NCBI GenBank assembly: GCA_905178155.1
Contig: CAJINV010000008.1
Coordinates: forward strand, 2,170,001-2,234,000
Source: Amoebophrya sp. A120
Lineage: Eukaryota; Protista; Dinoflagellata
DNA: 64,000 nucleotides
Direction of reading: 5' to 3'
Below are positions 13,801 through 25,400 of this stretch, one piece after another. Below the pieces are notes generated by a model, which worked only from the letters and a program-made list of their open reading frames with translations, searched no databases and had not been told where the DNA came from. The position numbers were made by a program, and so were the translations under genes. Each line of letters begins with the position of its first letter. Within the stretch, counting starts at the first letter, position 1.

Positions 13801-16800
13801 CACTTGTCGCGAGTAAGACCTTTCGGGCGCCCGCGCCTGTTTCTCACCTTTATGAGAACTCCACCCTTCTGACGCCATTTGAATGGGTTGAGCTCGTCAT
13901 CGATAAGATCAGTGCAGTCGGGGCCTTTTACTGAAGGTCCTGCGGGTTGTTATGCTTGTTGGTCTTTTGGGCCATCTCCGGCGCCCTGCTGATCAGGCAG
14001 GTCCTTTTGACCAGGAGATTTTGGCGAACCATCGCCAGCCGTCTCCGGTGGTAGCAGCTCTTGTTGCTGCTTAGCATCGTCAGCGGCTTTGTCCAGCTTC
14101 CGACGCTTTGGCGCTGGCTCGTCGTCTTTCGAAGCCCCCACAGAAACTCCCTCTAGCCTCTCTACGACTCCATCCAACGCAGATCGAAGGGCTAGGCGCC
14201 TCCCAACTGCCTCGGCTGGGTCAAGATCAGCAGGAGATCGCAAATCTGGCGACCCTTCTAACGACTTGCGCAGCGTTGTCACATCCGGCACGAGAGTATC
14301 CTCATCGAACTTTGCGGATTTTGACTCGATCGCACAAAATTTCTGCCCATCCCGGCAATTATCATTCTCGTGAAAGACACCGACCAGATGCGAGGAGCTC
14401 TCACGGATATAGCCGAGAGAAACACCTTTCTAATACCTGTCCGCCAGTTTTGGAACCTTCTGCGGATCGTCGTGGGCATGCGTTTTCACGTAGGCCACGC
14501 ATCCGAAACGCCTGAAGTATTTGCATTCAGCGGCCCGCTGAAACTTCTTGTAGTAAGGAGTTAGGGCATTGGTCTTGCGCTGCAGCCTGTTCTTGATGTG
14601 AGCGACGTAGCGCGCACACCAATCCCAAAGCCGAGGATCTACCCCTTGAAGGTTAGCCCGAAGACCATCCCCAAGAGCCCTATGCCACCGCTCAGCGTTC
14701 CCGTTGGTTTGCGGCTCCCGGATGATGCTGTGGCCAGCAACAGCACCGAGCTCCCTGCGAGCTGCTTTCCAAGGACCATTCATCCCTTTCAGGACTGGCT
14801 CATTGTCGCAGCGCGAGGCTTTTGGCTTGCCTACCTGAGTACAAAACTTCTTCAATTCTTCACCACGCTCATCCTTGGACTTGATGCCGAAAGGCTCCAG
14901 CCAATCAGTACAACTGTCTCGGATGGTGATGCAGATCGTACTTCCATCCATGCTAGGCGGTAGCCCGCCGGAGAAGAAGTCCGTCCCGACCTGATCCATC
15001 CAATTTTCATGGAGGTACGCGACCGGTCGCTTCTTCCGGTGCGAGTGGCTCCCGTAACTCTTGCTGAGCGCGCACGCAGGACAATGCACCTTGATCCCCT
15101 GAACTCCGAAATGTCCCATGCGTTGATGTAATCGCAGCGCAGAACAGCCGGAATTCGTATTGGAAATCAAATTTGCGATAGCATCGCCATCCATCAGGTA
15201 AAACCCGACACAAGGCAGCCGCTTCACAGTATTGGCCTTATGCTTGTACCCGCTGAAATCTTTCAACCATCTCGCATCCTTCGCATGGTAGTAGCTCCCA
15301 TTCTCCTCCTGGGCGAAAGTCTCCACGGAGAGCAAACACACAGTCAGAGAAGGACGATAGAGCCCAGCGCGAGTTCCGAGGTTGTTAGGCTTAAGAAATC
15401 CGTATTGGGCCTGTTCCTTGCGCGGTCCGTCAGCAGTGTTCAGGGTGACCGTTTCGCCCGTGAAACTTTCAAACAAGTCAGGATCTGGGAACATGTTGTG
15501 ACTTGCGCCACTGTCCACAATCAGCCGCAGCTTCTGCTGCAGCTTCTATCTTATGCGACTTCCTGCCCATCACCTTATTGACCACGTGGACGCCTGCACC
15601 ACTAGGGGCTTCAGCTCCACAGACTTGACTTCGCTTGAACGTCGTGTGCGCGGCCAGGCCAGCAGCAACACGCGGACAAGACGAATCAAGGAAACAATGA
15701 CCAACCCGGGGCGAGCGTTTCCGCCTACGCCAGGCCAGCACATTACGAGAAAACCTACGACCAGAAACCCGAAGCGGAATCTTCAAGGTTTTCGCCCTGA
15801 ACTCGACATCAGTATCTCTAGGTCTACAACACATTACGGGCTGCGTAACATCACCACGCCCCCACAGAGACCACGCGACCAGCAAAGCCAGAAACGTGAA
15901 GCACACTGCTGCGGGCACAATCGTCACGAAGTCAAGACCCTTCAAAGCTGTCAAATTTGTCAAAGGCTGAGCCACGTAACCCGCTAACCCGGGCACGTTC
16001 GTCACAGCTGAAGCATTGGCAATTCTCAAACTGGTGAAAACATCTTCCCAGAATGGACCAACAGCTACTACGAGCTGGAAGACAGCGAACACACAAAGGA
16101 AAAACCAGTAGAAACGCGCCCAACCCGTGGGACTTTTCAAACGTCCACTCTCTTCCTTCTTGTTCACATTCATACTTTCGTCAGTGTTGTTGCCAGTAGT
16201 GTTTTCCTTACTTAGCAGGCTCACAGACATCAGCGGACTCGGAAGAAGACAAATCATCGTCGTCATTCTTTCCCCAGCCGAAGTCTTTGGAGGATCCGAC
16301 GCCGACGAAGTGAGTCTCTTCACCGTCATCCTCACCTTCTTCCTGCTTCTTCTTATTCTTCTTGTTATTCTTCTTTCCGTTACCCTTGGACGCCGGACGC
16401 AAATGCGGGTGCTTGACCCAGCATTTTTCAACCGGATGACCAGGGCGACGGCAGTGCGAGCAACGGACGGGGGTAGGCTTGCCGCCTTTCTTTTTGACCT
16501 CCACCTTTAACGCCTTGGCCTGGTTCTGCAGGGATTTAATCTGCTGAGCCTGGGCAGCGTTCGCAATAGGCTCTTCCTTCTTTCCATTCCCCGCACGCAG
16601 CACGCTCGTACTCCCGAAGGACATCGATCAGCGACTGAACATCGGTGGACTGCTTGACGTTAGCCAAGATGGAGGAAGTAACCGGAGCGAAGGAGGGCAG
16701 CACACCCATCAAGATGGCTCCGATAGTCAGCTCATCAGTGGTGACTTTCGATTCCAATTGCTCACGAATAACTTTGGTTTTCTTAGCGATGAAAGACTCA

Positions 16801-19800
16801 ACGCCCTCTCCCGGCTTCTGCTTTTGCGACAGCAGTTGCTCTAACCAGTACAAGCGGGAGGAAGTACGCTGCGAGGCGTATTTCTTGTACAGAGCGTCAA
16901 GGATCGCGAACAGATGACGCGCATCCGCACCGGTCAGCTCACGAGCACATTCGTGAGCTTCACCATCCAACGAAGCGACAATGGCAGCGGAAAGCTTACG
17001 CCCTTGCGCTTCATGGTAATCACCATGCTGGTTGATTTGGTTAATGGTGAAGGCCGGATCGTTCGAGCGATACCCGTCGAAGAAATCCTTGAAGGTCAGG
17101 TTAGTAGTGGAGGCAGTACCACCCTGGTAACCTTCCCAATCAGGCATCGACTCCAGGATCGTCTCGAGATCAAAACAGAGACCACTTAGACCAGTCAGAC
17201 TGGGTCTTAAGGGTCGGGATTTTCCATTTCCCATCTGCTTTGGCCATTTTGTGTTGTGTGTGAAAGTTATGTGTAAACACAGAAACTACTCGCGTAAGGA
17301 TAAATTTGCAGAGGTGTAACAACCTAGCTAGCTCTTTGGCCCAAGATTGTAAGAACACTCAGAATGCAAATAACCTACTTAGGTTGATCCGCCTACTAGT
17401 ATCCGAGTCACTTGAGTTCATTGGGGTACAAAGTTCAAAGGTTCACAAATCAGGCTAGGCCGGGCACATTCGTCACGACTGTGCCGGTCATTTCTGTCAT
17501 CTCTCTCTTGATCGATTTCATGGATTCGTGCTGATTTGCTTGGATCTTGGCGGTGGATCAACTGCGATTTGGGTCATTTGATCCCTATGCCTACAAACTT
17601 TCCAAAGCTGTCGCGACTTGGGAAGTCGCCCAGAGCCCAACGTCCCAAAGCTATCGCGATTTGGGAAATCGCCCAACGCCCATCGCCCAACTCCCGCGTC
17701 GCAACTCCAGAAATTTTGCAACCAACTCAAAACATTTTGCGACTCGGAATATTTTGCAGCGCGCCCGAAATGTTTTGCGGTTGAAAATATTTTGCAGCCC
17801 CAAAAATTTTGCAAACCAAAACTACTATGCAAGCCAGACGCCCATCGCCCAGCTCCCAACCCCCAGCGCCCAGCCCTCATCGCCCAGCTCCCAACTCCCA
17901 ACCATCGCCCAAAACCCATCGCCCCAATCCCGCCGCCCCACTCCCATCGCACGCCCAACCTCCACAGCCCAGCTCCCACATCGCAACACCAAAAGTTTTG
18001 CAACTCCAAAAATTTTGCAACTCCAAAAATTTTGCAACTCCAATGATGCCGCGACGCCGAATATTTTGCGACTCGAAATATTTTGCAAGTTGAAATATTT
18101 TGCAGCTCAAAATCCTTTGCGGGTTCAAATATTTTGCAGCTTCAAAATATTTTGCAACGCAAAATATTTTGCGAGCCCCGTTGAAAATTTTTCGCAGCAA
18201 ACTCCCAACAAAACTCCTCGCCCCGGTTTTGCAGCTTTGAAAGCGGGAAGCACGGGGAAAGCGGGTGGGAAGCACGGGGAAGGCGGGAAAAATGGGGAGA
18301 GTGGGAAGCACGGGGAAGGTGGCTGGGAAGCACGGGGAAAACGGGAAGCACGGGGCAGGCGGGAAGCACGGAGAAAATGGGAAGCATAGGAAAAGCGGGA
18401 AGCACGGGGAAAGCGAAGAGCACAGAAAAGGCGGGGGGCCCGGAGAAAATGGGAAGCGCAGCAAAAGCGGGAAGCACGGGGAAAGTGTGTGGGGGGCACG
18501 GGGAAAGCGGGTGGGAAGCATGGGGAAGGCGGGAAGCACGGGGAGGACGGGGTGCACGGGGAAAGCGGGAAGCACGGGGAAGGCGGGAAGTACGGGGCAA
18601 GCGGGAAGCACGGGGAAAGCGGGAGGCACGGGGAAGGCGGGAAGCACGGGGAAAGCGGGGAACACGGGGAAAGTAAGCGGGAAGCACGGGGAAAGCGGGA
18701 AGCGCGGGGAAGGCGGGAAGCACGGACGGGCGAAGGGCGCACGAGAAGCGGGGGGCACGGGGAACGCCGCCGGCCGGCGGCCAATCAAACACCAGGCGAG
18801 CAGCTGCCCAACACCCTCCCCCGGCGCCCTCCCTCTGTTCACGAAGGGAAAGCCGCGCCCCAGCACCAGGCCTGCAGGCGAGCAGCTGCCCACCACCCTC
18901 CCCCGGCGCCCTCCCTCTGTATGTTCACGAGGAGACCGGCAGAGGGCGCCACCGTCCGCCGTCTCTGTCTTGGGGGGTGCGCGCGAGGGAGGGGAGCACG
19001 CGGAGGCGGAACAGATTGCGTGCGCGCTACTGCGGGGGGCGACGTTGTTGTCCGGGGCGGGCTGCCGGGGGAGGGTGGGTGGCCCCTGCGCCTGGAGGGC
19101 AATCAATGAAGGCCCCACCCCGGCGCCCGTCCCCCATCCACGCACGCGGCAGGGGCCCCGGCGGGCCCCTGCACTGCAAGGCTGCGCGCGGGAGAAGGGC
19201 GGGGGGCAGGCATCAAGGCGCGCAGGGGCGGGGCACACAGGCAGGCGGCACGAACGGGCCACACCGCAAACGCGCGGGCAGGGCGTCACGCGCCAGCGCC
19301 TCGCATGGCGCGGACTGTTCCCCTGCTTCCTTCCCCCGTCCACTGGCGCCCGCCCGCTGCCGCGCTTTGCGTTGTTGCTTGGGCCTAAGGCTTGCCGCCA
19401 CGCAAACGCGCGCCCAGTGCGGGCGGGGTCCTCGCGCTCGCAAAACGACGGGAACCACGGGCGCCATGGCGCTCCGCCTTCGTTCTTTCAGCAAGAAGCG
19501 GCGCAGATGCCTGGCCCCGCCCTGCATCAAAAAACTTTTCCCTTGCCCACCCTCTGGCGCTTTTCTTTCCCCCCTGTCCACTTGTTCGCCCCCCCACTGC
19601 GCGACATAAGCTGCGGCCTTGTATCTACTTTCCAGGTTGGAGTTCTGAATGTCTGTCTCGCCATCTTGCTCACTTACTTGCAGCGAGAAGAGGGCGCTCC
19701 AGACTTGAGCTACGAGAGCATGCGGACGCAGTTTTTTCACCAGCTCGAGAACGTGCAGACGGTTGCCGCAAAGTTTCAGCAGCAAAAAGCTCAGGAAGGG

Positions 19801-20397
19801 CAATATGACAGTAGGCTCGGATAGATGTTGTCACAATCTCAGCTGAGATGATTCCGTGCATAGCAAAAATTTCTTGTGATGTAGCAGTACGCTTGTGATC
19901 ACGGTCGTCCTGGACCAATTTGACGCGAGTGACCTGTCCTCGATTTCTTTTACCGTTCACATCGACAAAGAGTAGTCTAAGTACAAATCATGTTGGAGCA
20001 GGGTCTTCTAGACTTGGTAGCTCGTCAGTTGCGCAGATGGGATTGTGACACCTCTTGAGTTGCAGGCCATACGCGAGACGCCAGGTTGTGAGACATTTCC
20101 AACAAAAGCGCCAAGAACCTTGTTCGCGCAGCGGGAAGAGGACGCGAATTACTTTTTGTGGACGTATTTTAGTTCAAATCATCATACTGTGCACGCTAGG
20201 CGCGACCAGTGTGTCACTTTTGCTCGGCTCGTGTGATGTACTTACTATCGGAAGACTGTCTCGACGTCGACAGGAAGACTGAGAACTTACTTGTGAATAC
20301 AGAAGTAGATGATGACTCAGAATTTGAAGAGCATCCGGACTGTGACCGCAGTTTTTGCTTCATCCATCGATGGATCACACTGATGGAACTGGTGTAG
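7814..20397 (+). CDS. Possible fragmented multi-exon gene (exon-like blocks near 7814-8030, 8250-8330, 8750-8960, 9410-9830, 19670-19820, 20045-20397)
   Basis: Short protein-like ORF segments on the + strand separated by AT-richer spacers. Linkage into one gene is not established. Confidence 0.25.
9450..9744. mobile_element. Diverged introner family B
   Basis: Ends TATGTCATGCAAATACGTCCGGGTCTGGAA / TTCCAGGCCCAGACATGTTTACAGTGGATA; TSD decayed (TGGAA/TAAGA); removal gives an open frame ...FLLDMEYWPLVQFYVPDAIEKLG. Confidence 0.65.
11356..17595 (-). mobile_element. Full-length Ty1/copia LTR retrotransposon (copia-1), frameshifted
   Basis: 248-bp TG...CA LTRs at 11356-11603 and 17348-17595 (about 10 mismatches by eye); perfect TSD AACTT; purine tract beside the 3' LTR; gag-PR-INT-RT-RNaseH order. 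Confidence 0.95.
12151..17234 (-). pseudogene. gag-pol of copia-1, broken into several ORFs
   Basis: gag 17234-16536; zinc knuckle CSHCRRPGHPVEKC; protease DSGASHNM; integrase LHQRMGH..CPAC..PQTNGNAER; RT YKARLVALG, LLKSLYGL, IYVDD; RNase H FSDADFAG. Confidence 0.9.
17600..18240. repeat. Low-complexity block of (A)AATATTTTGCA/AAAATTTTGCAAC and CCCATCGCCCA repeats
   Basis: More than 15 imperfect motif copies visible. Confidence 0.8.
18241..18765. repeat. About 19-bp purine-rich minisatellite (GCGGGAAGCACGGGGAAA/G)n
   Basis: More than 20 tandem copies; it produces long spurious ORFs. Confidence 0.9.
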
Positions 20398-22408
20398 TTG
20401 GTACATGGAACTAAAAAAGGAAGCCTTCAAATTCATTGCAAGAGGTGGTTCTTCATTCATCCGTAACGAAACCCTCCGACAGGAACCGATGTTCGAATGA
20501 TGTTAATGGTGGTCGTGGAAGCCTCCTGTCTGTGAGTCGTGGAAGGTTTTGTCTGTGAGGCGTGGAAGCCTCCAGCGGGGGGCGGTTGGATCGTAAGCTC
20601 GAGGCTTATTACTTATGGATACGGGATGGCGAGACGCGCCACATTTCTTCTGGCGACGGCCTTGCGAGGTTTGGGTTTGCTGACAGCGCTGGACGTGTTT
20701 TGTTCTGGATGCGCCGAGAGCTCGCCTCTCATCGGCGGCGCGGGCCCGTTGTTCAAGATGTCTTGCCTGTTGGCCATCTCACTCTTAGGCGGGAGCCGTG
20801 GTCGTTTTACCCTTTGCCCACGAGTGGACTCCGCCTGGCGGGCACGCCTTTCCGGGGTGTGTAGGACCATCGTTAGCCGCCTCTACTAAAATCTAGTATG
20901 CGTGGTCAAGTCTAGATCATGAAAGCACTCGCCGGAGCTCTTACAGCCCCGAGGACGCCCCACCCCACTCCATGCGTCCATTAAAGTTCCGATACGCCAA
21001 ACCCCACGTCGAGAGAGAGATGTATATGAATTTGGACGAGAGGGAGGTGCTGGACAGTGGCTAGTAGGAAGTGTGAAGGTAGAAGATGTCCACCTACAGC
21101 ACCCATCCAACGGCAAGCATTCTGTCTTATGTTGTTATGTAACCATCACGCCTATTGTTTCATCGGTTACAGCTTTTTGCTACCATTTGTTAGAAGGAAC
21201 CAACCGATGTTCGAATGATGTTAATGGTGGTCGAGAATAAGACTCCAGGACCGCATTGCGTCGAGGACTCCAGCACCGCATTGTGTCTTGCACGCGCTGG
21301 CGCGGTAGGCTTATTTTCAAGTCTTGCGAGCACCGAAATGTCTCGTGCAAAGAAGTTGCGTTTTGTCGTCTGCGAAAACATCTAGTCCACAAATTTTCCA
21401 AAGTACTTTAGCGCCGATCCTGTAGCGCCGATCCCGCGCGCCGCACCGTGCTCTTGGTACTTGCAAATGTGATACGTCTTTTATGCAGGATCTTCCACGA
21501 CCGCGTATTTAATTTGTTTCGTGTATGCATTACGTGTTATACATGGTGTCAACGCGGCGCGTAAATCTAAATGTGCCCGCCTGATCAAGCGGTGATTCGG
21601 TGCCTGAGAATTTTTGTTTCGAGGCGTTGGATCTTCCGTTTCCTGAGCTGTTAGCTCCATAGTTACTTCCCATGACCGTCAGCGAGTCAAAGAAGCGATC
21701 AAATTGTAGTTACTTATGTAGGACCCGGCTTAGGAAAAAGAGGTCTGTCCACGTCAGGGCGGTGCCTGGCTGCGAAGCGTTAACGCCCCGCTCCTGTCTA
21801 CTGAGGGATAGGGTAAGGGACCTCGCTTTGCCACCACCTATTGAATCCACCCGTCCAAAAATCAACATCTTTGTGAAATTCCGTTTTTAATTCGTCTTCG
21901 ATCTACTCGACTGTGTGACGAAGCTAGTTAGAGGAGGAAATTATAAAGTAGTAAGAGTCTCTGTCTATGTCACTCCTTGAATTTGTTTCAGTGCATTGCA
22001 GTGATCCTTTCATTTCCAAGAATCGTCCTCACAGTACTAGCTACCACAAAACCACGACGCACTGTGCTCATCGTTATCGCCTACTTACTTTTTATCTGCG
22101 CGTCGCCCTTGTCTTCTACAAAACCGAGGCTACAACTTTATCCATCCCCTGAGAGGACGGTCCTGCTCGACATGTTGAAGTTTGTGGATGGGAACCTCCA
22201 AGGGGACCGTTTCTGTCGTTCGAAGAAGCGCTGTCGCACCAGTAGGGGGAAAAACAAAATATCGGACCGTAGTTCATTTTTCGTTGAAAGGCCGGCCGTC
22301 GGAAAAATGTTGTCTTCGGTGATGAATTTTTTATCCTCGATATCGGCCGCGTGGATCCTGAATGTGGTGGAGGACAAATGCTTGTTCTCCCGACGTTGGG
22401 CGTGGACG

Positions 22409-25400
22409 ATGCGCCGCCAGCGGATCGCGATGATCCTGTGCGCGATCCTCGGGGTAGAGGTGTACTACTTTCGCTCTTTCACGAGAAAGAACGACGTAAA
22501 AAATACGGGAAGGGAGGAGCCGGCGCCCGGCGGGGTCGTCGTCTTCGTTTCGGCAACGACAGTCACGATTCAGGCTTCTGATTCGAGCGAGGTGCCTGAA
22601 GCCCAAGGTGTCGCCGTACGAGCGACCAATGGGTACGGGAGTGTCGTCAGCACCTCCCCATACCAGCCGGGACTGCATTTCGGGAGCCCCTTTGTGTACC
22701 CCGACGGGGTAACCTCTTTCAGTCACAGTCGTATCTGGACCACGTCTATTCCAATTTCGAAGACCCAAGACCCGAATTTCGGGACAGCGAGGGCGGCGCT
22801 GCTCGAACTTAACATTCGAGGCGAGCAGCCGTGGGCGCAGCGCTGGCATAAGGATTCAAAACAATTCGGCCGGGTCAGTTTGTGGGACAGCCTATATTGT
22901 TTCGGCAGATTGTTCGCTTTATCCGGGACAGGAAGCTGTACTTTTACGACAAACGTAGCCCAGCCTGTGGTTGTTGGGGTAACAGATGACAGGTGTACTC
23001 CCGAGGGTGGCTGCACCAACGTGGATGTGTGTGCGAGTTTTACCATCGCTTCTGCGACCGACATTACGGGCGGACATTCGCGGCCCTCGACGTACGCTGA
23101 TGGCAGTGCACCGCCTGGCGCCAATTGGTGGCGTTTAATGGCAGACTGCTCCGGGAGATCCGGGCGGTCTCTGGTGATCTACCGCCCAGCGAAGGGGGAT
23201 GGGACGCTGCTGCAGATGTATATCCGAACGTTTGAGATGACTGACATAGCGACCAATGACAACTCCCATCAAGACGATAGCGGAAATGTGAAATGGAGAG
23301 TGGAATTTGCCAAACCTGGGGGGACTCTGATGGGACTTCAATTCCACACCCAACATGGCTTTGCCCAAGCCGACTATAACAAGGTGAAGACTACCAGTCT
23401 GAGAATCGAGGCGGGTTCGCTGCTCGTTGATTTTACTGATCTGCAGACACTTATGTAGGCGTCAGGATTGAAATAGACAAAGTGGCCGACGGTCATCCTG
23501 TTTGGGGTCTGCGATAGAGCTGCTATAGTAGCATGACAAAGGACGCCTACCGTCCCTAGACAGCATGACAAACTGGATTTAGATGGGGCGTAAATTTGTC
23601 ACGCACCGCTTGGAAATTGGGCTTCCAAATCCAACTGGTATCGGTTTTATGCCTTCTAAATCACTTCAACTTGTTCGTCGATTTCAGTCCTGACACCCCC
23701 ATAACACCGCTGCCAACGGCCGTGGGAAGTGCGACCGAGGGGTACTCCGTTGGCCTCATGTTCGACCGCCCGATTCCCGTCGCGGACGTATCAAAACGAA
23801 AAAAACCTCCACCCCATATCAAATGCGAAATCTGTGATGCAGGATTTGTGTATACAAATGCGCGCTGTCTTGCAATACGGCATCGCAGCCAGATCCGCAG
23901 CCTACGGAGGGACATTTGGGTCTAGTAGGTGCTTAGCATTGCAAACGGCTGTCCTCCAGGCCCAACAGCATGCCAAATCGCTTCCATAATGGCGCGGAAG
24001 CCTCTGCGTTTGTCTTCTTGCAAGACAGACGTGATCTGTGGTCTCAAATCAGCAAGACAAAGCATGCCTTTTTGATATGGGGAGGGGGGACTTCTCCTCT
24101 CAATAGAACGGAGATTTTCTTCACCTGGGCAACCTGGGAAATGCTCTGGTTGCGGTGGAGGCTCGTATGTGTGTGGACCACTACGCATTTGAAAACGCCC
24201 AGTTCGAATTTGTTATGCAGGAAATGCTACTTCTGTGTTTGTGTAAGTACGTTTGTGTAGAAGTTCTCGCGGACGATGCGACACTTGTCATGTTGGATGT
24301 GCGTCATGTTGTACTTGTAGCCTAGTTTTCCTTTTCCCGTGCTACTTGCTGCGCGAGACAGGTCTCTACTGATGCAAAGCGAATTTGATGAAGATGTGAC
24401 GTTGCTGTCCATCCTGATGATCCTGCTGAGTTACACTATGCACAGTTTATTTTTCCTCGGATAGAAAACGGGACTTCCCTAGTGGCGGCCGGTGGCGGGT
24501 CGGCTTCCGCTTACTGCACGGAGGAGCTCGGCAAGGCTTTTTCGGGGTCCAATTGGATTTCGTGGCTAAACCCAAATGGGTATCAAAAGGAAAAATTCCC
24601 CCTCCCTATATCAAAAAGGCACTTCTCAGAAAATTTGCAATGTTGATTTGTGATCCCAAATCTTTTTTGTCTTGCAAGAAGGGAGCTCTACGGTCTCCGC
24701 CGCATTATGCGGACGGTTTGTGATGCTGCTTGGGCTACAGCATAGACATTTGTGATGCTAAGCGTCCACGTCAGAAGCTCTTTACTCAGGCGCGGCATGT
24801 GCCTGCAATGCTCTACTGCAAGACAGCTCTGATTTGTGTACGGAAATCCAGCGCCAGAAGCTTCGTTTTGATGTGGGGAGGGGGGATTTTTCTTCTTGAT
24901 AATGGCGAGGCCCTCCACGGATCGGGCGCGGTCCCGCCCCAGGACTGGACCTGGAATGAGTATACCCTGCTCAGCTGTTACAATTTCAAACGTTACAATA
25001 GAGTACGGAAATCTGTGATGCAAGAGTGCATGTTCTAGCTCACTCTCATAGGATTGCGCATGACAAATTCCGGAGTCCCAAACCCCACTACAATCTGGCG
25101 AAATTTGTATTGCAGAAAGTGGAACCTTCTGCGAGTCTGTCATGCTCACCGTGCAGCACAAGTTTCAAATTCTATTGTAACGTTTGAGATTGTAACATCT
25201 GAGCAAACCATAACGAGTGTGCGCAGTTTTGCGCCCAGGAGCCTCTCTGTGCCGGAGTCGAGTACTGGACGGACGCATGCACGTATTCGCCAGCTCGCGG
25301 ACACTGCAGACCCGTCGGCACGGCCAGCTCGCGCGAAACCGCGAAGTGGTGGAAACGGGCCACGGTGGCCCTCGTGATGACGGACGCGTGCCGTATGGCG

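Larger units (their letters stand above)
11284..19595. mobile_element. Putative large non-autonomous TIR element hosting copia-1 and satellite blocks
   Basis: Left GGGGGCAG...GGGAAAGAAAATCGCC is an imperfect inverted match to right GGCGCTTTTCTTTCCC...GCCCCCCC; internal AATATTTTGCA repeats; TSD not convincing. Confidence 0.4.

Noticed and set aside
17547-19824. Long ORFs (280-519 aa) on both strands
   Set aside because: They result from stop-free minisatellite and GC-rich repeat sequence. Only the last about 150 bp may be a real exon.
24104-24106. Stop-codon reassignment (in-frame TAG under a 2-bp AT-duplication model)
   Set aside because: The 5-bp TSD model removes it, and the whole spliced gene reads in the standard code.
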